DNA of 64,000 bases from Octopus sinensis (GCF_006345805.1 NC_043002.1:13516001-13580000); one strand, 5' to 3'. Positions 25,479 to 40,329 are shown, counted from the first letter of the stretch. Program-made: numbers and translations. The notes: generated by a model not told the origin, from the sequence alone.

Positions 25479-25826
25479 GAATATTTTGTTGTGAAGTGGT
25501 AAATATTACATAAATAATATGCAAGAAAGAAAAGTAAACTTTTCCATATTCGTAGATTATAATTATTACATACACACAAAACACACACGCACATGTGCTT
25601 ACCCTCACCACGAACATACACACACACACCATCCCCACACGCATCCACGCACCACGCATCCGCACACATCCACGCACACCACCACGCACACGCACCCATA
25701 TATATATATGTATATATATATAAATAATATATATATATGTTATATATATATAGATATATATATATATATATATATACACATAATACATGCGTATATAGAC
25801 ATGTGTACATATATATGTATATATAT

Positions 25827-25857
<31 letters not shown>

Positions 25858-25886
25858 ATATATGTATGTATGTATGTATGTATGTA

Positions 25887-26083
25887 TACGGTCTTTGTCA
25901 AAGGTCACCTAACAGTAAATCAAAACCATTTAATAAAAAGCATCAAAATATGAAACTTCATGAAAATTGTCCAAACTGAAGTCGTTCTTGAGCGACCACC
26001 ATATTTCCAAAGAAATAAATAAAAATCGATTAAGTATTTATGGAATTTTGATTTACTTTCGGATGACTTTTAGCCAGACCTGT
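25887..26083. mobile_element. Tc1/mariner-type MITE (diverged)
   Basis: Imperfect TIRs tacggtctttgtcaaaggtcacc / ggatgacttttagccagacctgta. Related pieces at ~710 and 30160-30265. Confidence 0.55.
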
Positions 26084-26180
26084 ATATAGACATCATAGAT
26101 ACACACACACACACCACACACACACACACTCACGTTCACACACACGCACGCACATACGTACCACACATGCATATATATAT

Positions 26181-26212
<32 letters not shown>

Positions 26213-26214
26213 CA

Positions 26215-26699
26215 ACAATCAAGGAACGGCCATGATAGGCCATTCACCCACTAGATAACAGCCAAGCTTCAACCGCAAATAAAGATTAATCCGTAAACAG
26301 GAGAAAATTTAAAAAACATTTACCTGTAATTTCTTGTACGATGCACCGTTTCATCTGCTGTTTAATGGTAAACTAACCTGATTAAATTAATCAAGCCAAT
26401 CTTCCATAGGCCCTCAGATTAGGTCAGATATTACCTGGCAGGGTCCGAAATCCTCGTGAAAATATCTGTTCCGACTTGGCTATTTCTTGCTGAAGAATCT
26501 GAGGCCTAAGAATTGGCTTGATTTATTTAATCAGGTTAGTTTACCATTAAACAGCAGATGAAACGGTGCATCGTACAAGAAATTACAGGGTAATGTTTTT
26601 AAATTTTCTCCTGTTTACGGAATTAATCTTAATTGCGGTTGAAGCTTTGGCTGTTATTTCTAGTGGGTGAATGGCCTATCATGGCCGTTCCTTGATTGT
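26215..26699. repeat. Large fold-back (~200 bp arms) in a TA tract with an HHR-like motif
   Basis: Near-perfect inverted arms. The right arm has CUGAAGA-AUCUG...CAGAU-GAAAC (26490-26564). Confidence 0.9.
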
Positions 26700-26814
26700 G
26701 ATGTTGACTAAAAATGGTCTATGACTATTTAATTTTTTCCCACTAGGCCGCTGGTGGCAAAAAGAATTCTACAAAATTTTTTTTGCCACCCTATATTGAT
26801 TAAATATATATATA

Positions 26815-26859
<45 letters not shown>

Positions 26860-26933
26860 CATTCATAAACATCTTCAAGGCCACAGTTTTCTAATACTGA
26901 ATACTGAAACAAGTGAAAGATAATAGTGTGGTG

Positions 26934-27112
26934 TGTGCAGGAGTGGTTGCGTGGTAAGTAGCTTGCTTCTCAATCACATGGTTCCAGGTTCAGTCTCACT
27001 GCGTGGCACCTTGGCAAGTGTCTTCTCCTATATCCTCTCCGATCAAAGCCTTGTGAGTGTGACGAAGACTGAAAGAACCCCGTTATATATATATATATAT
27101 CTTATATAATAT

Positions 27113-27155
<43 letters not shown>

Positions 27156-27400
27156 TGTATATATATATATAAATTGTGTACGTGTATGTGGTGTGTTTGA
27201 GTTGTTTGTTTTCCCTAACCACTAAAATCGCTTGACAACAGATGCTGGTGTGTTTAATTCCCCGTAACTTAGCGGTTCGGCAAAAGTGACGAATAGAATA
27301 AGTACTAGGCTTGTAAAAATTAAGTCCTGAGTTGGATTTGCTCGATTAAATGGAGTACCCCAGCATGGCTGCAGTCAAATAACTGAAACAGATAAAAGAA
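26934..27400 (+). mobile_element. SINE family A
   Basis: Head, TA tract, tail. Confidence 0.85.
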
Positions 27401-28109
27401 TATATATATATACATATATGTGGTATGTTATATGAATTTCTGGAAAGGAATGCCATAGAACTCAACAAATTTGTCAAAAATGGAGATGTTAAAATTTAAG
27501 AGAGTTTTAAATCTTGCGTGCGATCGTTTCGAACAGCGTAATTAAAATCATGCAAATACAAGGTTGAATAAAAATAATTAAATTAAATTAATTATATATC
27601 ACTGTTCTTTTCAGTGCAATAAGTATAAAACAAAATATTTTTTTACAAAGGACCTGATAAGGGAAATAGTAGAGAACGATTTCGGATATTCATATTTATC
27701 CTTATGAGAAAGAAAGAAATGTAAATCTAGTTAGGTGTAAACTAAAACTAAGGCAACTAACGGTTTGAAAAAGGTGAAAAAGGTTTTATGAGACGTTCCC
27801 TCTATAGAAGAGTAAGGAGATAAGTAATTCTAACTCCAAGTAAGTCATGTATCTATTTAATTGTATTTATATGTATAAATAAATGTATACATATATATAT
27901 ATATACATGTATGTATGTTTTATGTATGTATGTATGTATGTATGTATGTATGTATGTATGTATGTATGTATGTATGCATGCATGCATGCATGCATGTATG
28001 TATGTATGTATGTATGTATGTATGTATGCATGCATGTATGTATGTATGTATGTATGTATGTATGTATGTAGGTATGTATGTATGTATGCCTATGTATGTA
28101 TGTATATAT

Positions 28110-28367
28110 GTTACACACCATACTAATCATATCTGTCAGGCATGTGGAAGAGAGTGTAATTCGGCAGGAGGACTTAAACGACATGCAAAGGTACATGAAA
28201 CCCAGTTACAACTACAGCCGGCTATTACCGGTAAAGGTTTTAGTTGCCAATTCTGTACAAGTTATTGTAGATCTTTGGCTGGGCTAAAAAGTCACATTCG
28301 ATCACAGCACCAGTAACAGTTAAGCTTCGTGCAATGGCCATAGTCGATAACGAGGGGGCAGCCATAA
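28110..28367 (+). mobile_element. 5'-truncated RTE-type LINE 3' end (second copy)
   Basis: HHTNHICQACGRECNSAGGLKRH...CQFCTSYCRSLAGLKSHIRSQHQ*, same 3'UTR, inside (TATG)n. Confidence 0.75.
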
Positions 28368-28401
28368 TGTATGTATGTATGTATGTATGTATGTATGTAT
28401 G

Positions 28402-28433
<32 letters not shown>

Positions 28434-28956
28434 GTTAATCCAAACATGAAAACACAAAGAGAAAACACAACAACGCGAGGATGTATGTATACAATGTGGA
28501 AGTCAACTTAAGTCCGAGTAAACCTTCCGAGAATCCTAGAAGATTCTGTACGTGACTTCGTTTTGAGTGGATGAAGTGTTGCAGAACACTGAACTAACTT
28601 TTCAGCGTAATCACTTATAAAATCAATTGTACAACAGAAGTTTCGAAATCAGAAACCAACAACACTAAAGCAAGCTTTAACGAGAAATAGGATCTCTTCC
28701 CTGCTTGTGTTTCGCATGCTAGTTAATCCATAGCTTGGTCCCAAACAACTGTTACTACTCCTGGTCAGAGTAGACCAGAGAACAATCGCGTCTCAACTTT
28801 GGTTCCAGGTATAGGTGTAGATATGATCGACTTGCCCCATCTCTCAAAATCCCTGGCCTTGACTTGTACAGTGGAATATTTTGATCTTGGTGACTTATAG
28901 TGGCTACGAAACCGGGTACCCAGACTTATAAGTTCTCAGGTTCAAGAAAAATGTTA

Positions 28957-29028
<72 letters not shown>

Positions 29029-29047
29029 GTTTTTTTTCTATCTGTCC

Positions 29048-29078
<31 letters not shown>

Positions 29079-29172
29079 ATCTATCTATCTATTATCTATC
29101 TATTATCTATCAATCTATCTATCTAGCTCGTTAGCTATACATATATATATATAATTAGTATATACATATGTG

Positions 29173-29272
<100 letters not shown>

Positions 29273-29799
29273 ATGACTGAATCATAAACAGGAGAAAGAA
29301 TGACGGAATGAAATAGAAAATGGAAGAATACGTGAATACAGCAATGTCCCCCAAGAGAAAATGAAGTTATCCTAATGACAGGGAACGTATCCAGTCGTAA
29401 CTTACAGACCCGGAACAAAGATCATAATAGCAACAAAATAACAAACATGGCGAATGCAAAGGACATCAAATGCTAGATTAAACACCACAAAGAGAAGGAA
29501 ATAGCTGCAGAAGAAACGCTAATGCATGGGAACTGAGAAACTTATGACCAAGCAACGCTCAGGGAACAAATTGAAAGAAGATTTATTGGTTAAAGGACAT
29601 TATCAAAAGGAGAACGAGGTAGTGCAGTTAATGTTTAAGAAAGAAACGAAAGAGAGAAAGGGGAACGTTTGAAAACATATGGCGTTTGACGAACTTACGT
29701 ACAAAAAGACGTCGCTGTGTGGTTAAGAAGCTCGCTTTGGAACCGTGTGATTTCAGGATCAGTTTCACTACGCAGTACCTTAAGCAAGGAAAAATTACA

Positions 29800-29950
29800 A
29801 CCGTGTTTCGTGGTCTGCTACCACAACAGCTCCTTTATAGGATCCAATTAGCTCAAGACATCATCAGGATGAACCACGTCCGGTTTCGGCTCCTACACCT
29901 CTACCGTTTTGACGTGGCGCCCCCTCCCCTTTCGGAGATGTCTTCAGCTC
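29800..29950 (-). ncRNA. Two degenerate tandem HHR-like motifs
   Basis: CUGAAGA..CUCC...GGAGCC-GAA-ACCGGA-C followed by CUGAUGA-UGUCU...AGACCAC-GAA-ACACGGU-U. Confidence 0.4.
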
Positions 29951-30274
29951 TGGTGTTGGGTGCATGTCTTCTTTCTTCTGTTCCCTGGCCTCTTCGATGT
30001 ATCGTCAGCGAGTGTCAGCCTGTGACTGACTGACTTGTCAAATTTTTCCCTTTAAATAATCTTCTACAATATTCCAGCGCCGATCAATAAATGAGATTTA
30101 TTTACGTTTAACAATTGAATGAATTTAATTAAAGCATTTAAATATGAAACATCAAAAAAAAATGTTCAAACTGAAGTCCGTCTCGAGCAACACTATTTTC
30201 TAAATGAATAAATAAAATGGAATCTTATGTATTTATGGAATTTGGATGACTTTTGGCCAACTCGTTATGCATAT

Positions 30275-30686
30275 ATTTCTTTATTGCCCACAATGGGGCT
30301 AAACATAAAGGGGACAAACAAAGACAGACAAACGGATTAAGTCGATTACATCGACTCCAGTGCGTAACTGGTACATATTTAATCGACCCCGAAAGGATGA
30401 AAGGCAAAGTCGACCTCGGCAGAATTTGAACTCAGAACGTGGCGACAGATGAAATACCTATTTCTTTACTACCCACAAGGGGCTAAACACAGAGAGGACA
30501 AACAAAGACAGACAAACGTATTAAGTCGATTACATCGACCCCAGTGCGTAACTGGTACTTAATTTATCGACCCCGAAAGGATGAAAGGCAAAGTCGACCT
30601 TGGCAGAATTTGAACTCAGCACGTAACGGCAGACGAAATACCGCTAAGCATTTTGCCCGACGTGCTAACGATTCTGCCAGCTCGCC
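30275..30686 (-). mobile_element. SINE family B dimer
   Basis: Two body units joined at gaaatacctatttc. Confidence 0.9.
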
Positions 30687-31116
30687 ACACCCCAACTCGT
30701 TATGTATATCTGTTACCTTATTCTACGGCATATTGTACACCAATCTTATTGAAAATATGTATATATGTAACCTTAATCTACAGCTTTATAGCTGAGAAAA
30801 TATGTTAACTTCCACTCGTTCGCCCCTTCCTGTTGGTCCGTTACGTATTTTCAGTAAGATTGGTGGTTAAATTGGAGATTTTTACTTCCTCTCTTTAGCG
30901 GGTTGGTGGTTCGAGTACCCTCTAATATAATCAAGAATTTATTGTATAGCTGTTTAATGCTAATATCGTTAGCTGCAATTAACGTTATTGTTATTGCTAT
31001 AATTAATTATTTAATTTTGCCCCCGATAATAATGATAATAATAATAATAATAATAATAATATTAATAATAATAATAGTATCTTTACGAATATTTATTTTG
31101 AATATTTACACATTCT

Positions 31117-31178
<62 letters not shown>

Positions 31179-31201
31179 GATATATATATGTATATATATA
31201 T

Positions 31202-31277
<76 letters not shown>

Positions 31278-31278
<1 letters not shown>

Positions 31279-31491
31279 AACAATTAAAAATAAGGGCAAA
31301 AGAAGAACTTTTTATGCTAATATGCTGAGAAATAGATTTAAATCGTCAATCACACATACAATATACACCACTATAAATACATGGTGTGTATTTATATTGA
31401 TGTATATTTTATGTGGTGTTTGATGATTTAATGTCTATTTCTCAGCATATTAGCATAAAAGGTTTTTCTTTTGCCCTTATTTTTAATTGTT
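31278..31491. repeat. Fold-back element in a TA tract
   Basis: aaacaattaaaaataagggcaaaaga...atgctaatatgctgagaaataga and its reverse complement. Confidence 0.9.
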
Positions 31492-31649
31492 TAAAATTTT
31501 CACCTTAAAATGTATTTTAATATGCTGGCCACTTGAAATGTTTTTTGAAAAAATTTTATCCTATGTATATATATATTTTTTAATAACATTTTATCATTAT
31601 ATATACATATATATATATATATTATATATATATACACACACACACATAA

Positions 31650-31801
<152 letters not shown>

Positions 31802-33400
31802 AACTCCTTCCATCATTTCTGCGAAAATTTAAGATTATGACTGCAGATTCATGGCTGAAACAAATTTTTAAAAAATGAATATAAGGGTAATCCTACAGCT
31901 GAGCGAGCCTGCTAGAAATAACAACCAAATATCCCTAAAATTACGTCAGAGCATTTTATAAAAGAACATATTGTATATGATCCTGACCTATTTTGTTTGA
32001 AAAATAGGCTGGATGTTCACGGTTGGGACGTATTTTAATTAAATGTATACTTCATGTGTTTTGAATAGTGGCTAAACGACAACAGGGATTCGAATGGAAG
32101 ATTCCGGTTTTCAACCGCGCGGCGCTCAAAGTGATCCAGCAAGCTTCAAATTTCCATATGAAAGTGTACCTAAGTTTATAAGTAAGATTAATATAAATAT
32201 ATATAAAAAAAAAAAACGCAAAGAGTAATGCATAAATTTAGCATTTTCTATGATATAGGATTGCGCATTTCCATTAATCTAAGCTTCAGCTAAAAGTAAA
32301 AGAAAAAAAAAACGGTGGGAAAAGGGGAAAAAGGAAAAAAACAAAACAAACAGCGAACATGACACAACAATATTGATGGATTGAGTATGAAAAAGAAAGG
32401 CTGAAGATGACAGGAGAAGAAAGGTAGATTTCAATGAAAGTGACTGAAACGGCTATTTCAGTGGACTAGCTTTGTATATTTTGAACATGGTTAAATTTTA
32501 TTATTCTCCTCAGCTTAACTAAAAAAAGCTGCGCAAAATATATTAAAACAAAAAACGATGTTATTCAATAGAACGACTTAATGCAGTTGTCAGTTTATCC
32601 CTTATTAGTTTTCTGAACAAACTGACACTAAAAAAATATTAGTTTCTTTCATAAAGCTTTACATTGAAGAGTAACCAATAAATACTTCCTTCAACAAACG
32701 AGGCAGCTCATTTTTAAAATCCTTTTTTCTCTTCTTTAGTCATGTGTTTCTCCAATTACTAACTTTCGGCTTGTCAAAGGAAAACATTAATCTTAGTCAC
32801 ATTTTTTTCTCTCTCGCTGAATTTCTTACTCTTTGTCTCTTTCTTTTTCCTCTTTTTCCCCATTAGAGTGAGATATTCACAAGTCACGGACGTAACCTTT
32901 CCTCTATCGCAAAGCCGATAAATTAATTTTGACTGAACTCAGCAAACATGGACGTAGCCAAAATAACAAAAAAAAAACAAAAAGACGAAATCAAAATAAA
33001 CGTATTTAAACTAGAATCTGCCAATGAATGTGTTAATCCTCTTCAGTTGTTCAAGTCACGAGAGTCGACACTAATATTTCTTGATACATTAGAGTTAGTT
33101 ACTTTGGTCGCTGCTGATAAATAACTAAACTTTCTTTACACGAAATGAACTAATTTCTCTGAATATGCATGTCTATTAAGGAAAATAACAGATTGCTGAA
33201 AAGTTATTTTCAAAGAAATCCATCTGTTTAGTGCAGAGAAATTTATTTACTTGTGACCACAGCTTAAAGCTATGTGGATGGGGTCTAAGTAAGAAGGAAG
33301 CGAAATCATATTAGAAACGGCATACGTCAATGCTATACGAACCACCAACACTTATTTCGTCTTTATTTCCTGGAATAGCACCACCACCACCACCACCACC

Positions 33401-33446
<46 letters not shown>

Positions 33447-33984
33447 CTCTTAGACGATTAATGCGGGTTTCAAACCCAGCTTGGTCGTATGATTGGTTGA
33501 AATTACCGAAATAGGACAACTTTAACGTGAAATAACTTCGTAAATATAACGTGATATATCTTCGTAAATATAAGTTTTTCTCAAAACCTCTAAGAGTAAA
33601 AGATGTTTTATGTGACACATTCTACCAGTGTCCGAAGTTTAAAAGTGTTTAGTTACAAAAAATTATTTTTTAGATCTATAGGTCAAAAGGTAAAGATCCA
33701 TTTGTTTCGTATGTTTAATTATTTTTTGTTACCTCGAGCCTTAGGACTCGTAAGGCCGGTTGCCTATTTTCATGATGTATAAATGATCGAGATCATACCA
33801 TTCCTATGAGCTGGATGTCAAGTTGCACGGTTTAGGGCCAAAGGTTTTTGAGGGAAAGGAGTATGCCGATTACATTGACCCTAGGACTTTACTCTTACTT
33901 TATTTTATCACTCACTTCCCCACCAAAAACAGAGCCGGAAGCCAAAGTTGACATTAGCATTTATGTCCGACATGCTAACGTTTC

Positions 33985-34366
33985 TTATTTCTTTATTGAC
34001 CACAAGGAGCTAAACATAGAGGGGACAAACAATGACAAAGGGTTTAAGTCGATTAGATCTACCCCGAAAGGATGAAAGGCAAAGTCGACCTCGGCAGAAT
34101 TTGAACTCAGAACGCAGCGGCAGACGAAATACCTATTTCTTGACTACCCACAAGGAACTAAACACAGAGGGGACAAACAAGGATAGGCAAACGGATTAAG
34201 TCGATTATATCGACCGCAGTGCGTAACTGGTACTTAATTTATCGACACCGAAAAAATGAAAGGCTAAGTCGAACTTGGCGAAATTTGAACACAGAACGTA
34301 ACGGCCGACGAAATACGGCTACGCATTTCGCCCGGCCTGCTAACATTTCTGCCAGCTCGCCGCCTT
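33985..34366 (-). mobile_element. SINE family B dimer
   Basis: Same internal junction as the other multimers. Confidence 0.9.
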
Positions 34367-34992
34367 CACGTTTTTTATAGGCATTTACTTATGATGACAA
34401 TTCAAAACTGATGACAATGACAAATCTCTAAAAATGCCCGAATTATATCAACAAATATTTGAATTATATCAGCACATACGTACAAATAGAGTATAAATAG
34501 ATGCTGCTCGCATAGAGTTTTGTTCTCTGCGAGTCTACTCCTTCAACTAGTTTTCGCACCCCAGTTTGGAAACACTTCTATTTTAGATAAACACATATTT
34601 AAAGAATTAAGTATTCAATACTTACATAGCTTAAATATTTAGGATCCTTGTGGTTAGTTAAAATGTAGGAACGGGAAGAAAAAGACTGACCAAAGAAAAT
34701 AAATTTAACCCCGTTACTTTAGAGATAGAAGAATATCTTCCAGATATCTTGGTTTTTGAATTTATTGGATACAATTCTGTAGAAGTCGGTGAATATTACA
34801 GGCCAGCGAATCATTGTTACAGTCTAAAACAAATTTTCTCATAGCGCAACACTGTCTAGAGAAAGCAACCTTGGAGGGGTCTCTAATGTTTTCATGGTTT
34901 AGTTTTTGAAGTAATACAGAAGGAAACGAAGCACTTTTTGGATAAAAAAACCCCGACTCGTTTGCGTGTAGTTATGTAAAAGATTAACCTAA

Positions 34993-35029
<37 letters not shown>

Positions 35030-35433
35030 AATTTATAAATAAATAAATAAACAAAAGCGAAATGCAGCCACAGATATACTGAAAATATAGAAAATATAGC
35101 CAGAGAGACACTGTAAAAAATTAAGGAGGGACAGTCAAAGCTCGGATGCTTTTGATTATAAGCCTGCATCGTCAAAGCTGTGTGGCTAAAAAAAAAAAAA
35201 TACAGACTGTAAGTGCAGCAGTAGTATGAAGATAAGAGTACCAGTCAAATAATGAGGTTAATTTAATCGACTACCTCACCCCACCCCAATTTCTGGCCTT
35301 AAGCCATGATAGAAATAAACATATGTTTGCATCAGTGATGTCGTTGTTGTGAAACCTCCAAAAGTCAATTCTGCTTGGAAGAGGGGAACTTAGATCAGAG
35401 AATTCTAGCAGTTACCTTTCCGTCTTTCATTCT

Positions 35434-35516
<83 letters not shown>

Positions 35517-36912
35517 GTATATAATATATATAATGTATCTAACGTGATCCATTTTCCGTCTAAAAGATGGAATATGATTTTGGGTAGTTTGACTGCAATG
35601 TCTAGCATAGTGGCTCGATTAGAAGAGTTACAAGTGCGAAACGATTCATTGAATATACACACTGAATAAAATTATGTGTATCGATTTTCAATCTCGGTAA
35701 CATAAAGAAAATAAATATCTGTAATTATACTGGGCTTGATTTATTCGGCTTTATAATTTCCGCAGCTTCATGAATAAGTCATATGACAAGTTAAAGAAAA
35801 AAAAAATCTAATATCCTATTTATTAATGTGTTATACGTTAATATTATAGATTAATGCCTCGAAGGAAAGCGTTCATTTAAAATTTGTACAACCACTCCAA
35901 AACAAAAGACAATAACTGCGAGAAACAAGTAACTCTTAAAACTGCACCGAGTAACCCTGATTTAATCGATTACTTCAGGATAAGCTTGCTGCTTAATCGA
36001 AATTAACAGACATTCAAAGATCAAGCAGACTATAATGGATCACCTGTTGTTTTAAAAGTAAAGTTTTATTAAACTGACGTTTATTATTGAATTTCCTGCT
36101 TGTATTTCGCTGCAGGCGATTCCGTTCTGTCCTTGGGCGAGTCAATTAACTTCAGTTGCACCGAAGATTTAATTGTAATCTTAGAATTGTTTATTCAGAC
36201 ATGAATTCATTTCTCGTGTGATTTAATTGAATCAAAGTTCAGATAAAGCGAGAGAAAACCAGGGAAAGAATAAGAGAGAGAAAGCAGGAGAGGGAGAGAA
36301 TGAGCATGTGTGTGTGTGTGTGTGCGTGTGTGTGTGTGTGAGTGTGAGTATGTGTTTGGAAAGTTAGAAAGAAAGAGGCTGTTGACTGTGTAATACGTAA
36401 GCAAAATATTGCATTAAAAATTATTTTGAGTGTTTCGTTCTTCAAACAGTAACGTAAATGGTGACTGAAGTGGTACCGCACGTTCCTGAGCACCGGACCT
36501 CTATTTTGCCTTTGAACTCTCTCTCTCTCTCTCTCCACATAAAAATCAATAAATCACTTTACGAACCACAAAGTTTCACAAGATCAGCTTTTAACTGAAG
36601 TTGCTCTGTAGGCAAGTGAATCAAACGAAACAAAGTTTATGTGAAATAATAAACTACACAGAACTAGGAGACTTGTGTTGGTCTGTATTAGAAGTAGTTT
36701 GTTCAGTGACGAGAAATAAAATATGTGTCGAATGCCATTTGCTGCATGTCTGGTTTTATATCAGTGACCTTCTCCTGGATACACACTTTAACAAAAGATG
36801 AGTGGTGCCTCACTCCCAGTGGTCACCAGAACGGAATTAGGGCCTGTGTTATTGCTAAACAGTCATTGAATCTAGACTAGGTTCATCCGTACTTTTGACA
36901 GGATCTGATTTT

Positions 36913-37095
36913 AGTCTTACTAGGTTTCTAGTAACCCTCCTCACCAGGCAAATCTAGTGAGGGTGCCGCTTTAGTAGCTGGCGATCTGACCATACGATGA
37001 ATTGTACCGGATTCCATTTACCAGTAGCACTCATCAGAGACCTCTCAAAAGACCTCGCCTACCAGATTTGCCTAGCGAGGCGAGTTACTAGAAGC
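36913..37095 (-). repeat. Fold-back with a candidate HHR carrying an enlarged domain II
   Basis: Inverted arms 36924-36960 / 37052-37095. Minus strand reads GGUCU-CUGAUGA-[~100 nt]-GAA-ACCUAGU-A-AGACU. Confidence 0.5.
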
Positions 37096-37100
37096 CAATC

Positions 37101-37206
<106 letters not shown>

Positions 37207-37323
37207 TAATATAAAAATAATACTTATAGGTATACATACATAGTTCAAAATTATAAAAAAAATTAAAGAAAGGTGTAGGAACAGCAAGTGTATTAGTTTG
37301 ACGCTCGGGAAAAAGGTAAAGTA

Positions 37324-37357
37324 TTTTACATTTCGAGCCTACGCTCTTCGACAGAAA
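37324..37357 (-). ncRNA. Minimal HHR-like motif, A6U variant
   Basis: UUU-CUGUCGA-A-GAGC(guag)GCUC-GAA-AUGU-A-AAA; relative at 41120-41150(+). Confidence 0.55.
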
Positions 37358-37454
37358 GTAATATGAGGAAATAAATAAAGAGACAATAAAAAAGACGTGT
37401 TGAATGGTCCAACATACATACATACATACATACATACATACATACATACATACA

Positions 37455-37488
<34 letters not shown>

Positions 37489-38159
37489 CATAATATACAT
37501 ACACAAACATATATACGCATTCATATTTTTGTACATATATATATATATATATCCACACACGTACATACACATACACACATATGAATATGTATGAAGGAAA
37601 ACCTCTGTAATGGTGCAGGCAAGAATCGAAGTGTGATCAATATAGTTTTCAAAAGAAATGCCTTTCAACGTATGTTTATACGCTTATACACACATACATA
37701 ACACATGCATACATACATGCATATATATATTTATTTATAACTCACACATGGATGTATTTACATACATACATACATACATACAACATACATACATACATAC
37801 ATACATACATACACACACATATATATATATATATGTATATATCTATATTATATGTATGTATTCATACGTATAGATGCACGCATATATTGTGTAGAAAACC
37901 TGTTTGATGTTGAGCGACCCACACAACACAGGGACAACCGCATGCACAGACAAAAACACACACACATACACATATGTACACACCTCTGTACACACTCTCC
38001 CTCTATGTCTCTCTCACATTTACAAACAAATATATGTATTAGGAAACAGATGTGAATGACGATGTGTTTTTGTTGTATAATGTTTAATGACATAACCACC
38101 CACTCTGCAACTAAGGTTCATTTGGTTCATGTAGTCCAATATACATGTAGCCATTTGCA

Positions 38160-38952
38160 TGGCTGTGTGGTTACGAAGCAGGATTGCAATCCCGTTGTTT
38201 CAGGTTCAGATTTACTGCGAGGCGCCCTGGGAAAATGTCATCTACAATAGCCCCGGATCAGCCAATGCCTTCTCGGTGATTTTGGTAGGCTGAAACTGTG
38301 TGGAATCCCGTCATATACACACCACACGCACACGTATATATGTCTATGTGTATGTGTGTGTGTGCGCGTCTATATGATTATGTAGATGTCTGAATATGTG
38401 CGTCTTTTTTTGTGTTAGCCCACCACCACTGCTTGAAAACCGGTGCGTGTTCATTTACGTCCCCACAACTTAGCGACCTAGCAGTTCGGCCAAAGACACC
38501 GATGATATCAGTTCCATAAGGTGGTACGCAGGGCGATGAATGAAATAAAGAAGGAGAAAACTCATGATAAAAATTGTTCTCGTATATCTGTATAACTTGG
38601 TCTACGAATCTATTCGAAGACCAATGACGTCGCTACGCTATTTCACCAATAAGGTTTCCTTATTGGAATATTCTTCAGGGAATTAGAATTTTAAAGCTCA
38701 CCTAAGAAAGAATTTATTCTTTCATTCTCTTACTTGTTTCAGTCATTTTAACTGAGGCCATGCTGGAACACCCCCTTAAAGGGCTTTTGGTCGAAGCAAT
38801 CGACTTCAGGACTTGTTCCTTGTAAGTCTACTACTTATTGTACCGGCTTCTTTTGTTGAACCGCTAAGTTACGGGGACGTAAACACACCAGCATTGGTTT
38901 TCAAGCGATGGTGGCGGGAACAAACAAAGGTACACAAACACTCGCATATATA

Positions 38953-38997
<45 letters not shown>

Positions 38998-39060
38998 TAT
39001 TATATATATATATATATATTAGACAGGCTTCTTCCAATTCCGTCTAGCAAATCTACTCAC
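38160..39060. mobile_element. Two diverged SINE A copies (+ at 38160-38510, - at 38725-39060)
   Basis: Recognisable family A head and tail blocks. Confidence 0.8.
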
Positions 39061-39093
39061 GTATATGTATATTATATATATGTATATATGTTG

Positions 39094-39937
39094 TATCTGG
39101 GGAGAATAATTCTGTTTTAATGATTTAATGATTAACACACTCACCGGTTCAGTTTCCACTCATTTTCTAATCTATCTAATTTTTTTCTAAAAATTTTGTT
39201 GCTTCTTGCAACCTTTTTAATAGTTGTTGACTCTTTCCGTTATCGGAGCTGTGTTCTTTTTATTTGTGTGGGCAATACAGACAAAGAAGCATACATACAT
39301 ACATACATACATACATACATACATACATACATACATACATACATACACAAAAGGAAACGGAAACACATGACAATATACATATACGCACACTCCACACACA
39401 AGGACACATATGGAGACACATCCATACATAACAGACGCACGTACATAGTCACACAAACCCATACGCATAGACATACTCAAAACGCACGCAAAAACACATG
39501 CATATGCAGTATACATACAAACATACACACATACATATATATGCATACACACACATGCATGCATACATACATATACACATACACATGTATACATATGTAT
39601 ACATACATACATGCATACATACATGCATACATACATACATACATATACATACACACATACATACATACATACATACATACATACATACATACATACACAC
39701 ATACATACATACATACATACATATGTATACACATGCACACTGATACGCACAAGCAGACAAACAAACAAACAAACAAAAACGCAGCTCTAATAATGAACAG
39801 CAACTATTGAAGAGGTTGCAAGAAGCAACGGAAATTTTAGAAAAAAAAAAAAAAAAGTAAATGAATGAAAACTGAACCGGTGAGTGTGTCAATTAATGAG
39901 GCATTAAAACAGAATGACTCTCCCCAGACACAACAAA
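39094..39937. repeat. Inverted pair (~140 bp arms) of the U3-core HHR family around a microsatellite spacer
   Basis: Arms 39094-39229 and 39800-39937. Motif CUA-UUGAAGA-G-GUUGC(aagaa)GCAAC-GGA-AAUU-U-UAG at 39804-39840. Confidence 0.85.
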
Positions 39938-40011
39938 ATAAAATTCAACACACGAATTCACATAAAGAATCTTGCAAGCCAAATACAAAAGCGATATATA
40001 TATATATATAA

Positions 40012-40137
40012 TATTGGTAGCCATTTTAACATGGATGTCTGTTTGAGCGAATTCTTCGGCAGAAATAGTCCGAAACAAGAACTGGTCTGCTGGTCCCGTT
40101 GCTAGACGGTAGCAGCCATGTTGAAGTGGCTACGAAT
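40012..40137. repeat. Short fold-back between TA tracts
   Basis: attggtagccattttaacatgg / ccatgttgaagtggctacgaat. Confidence 0.75.
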
Positions 40138-40202
40138 AGTACCGGATAGTACAACTACTGCGTTGATCTCTTAGAGAAATTGTAGAACTAGTATTTTTGG
40201 TG

Positions 40203-40259
<57 letters not shown>

Positions 40260-40329
40260 TGTAGTATGTATGTATGTATGTATGTATGTATGTATCTCTC
40301 TCTCTCTCTCTATATATAATATATATATA

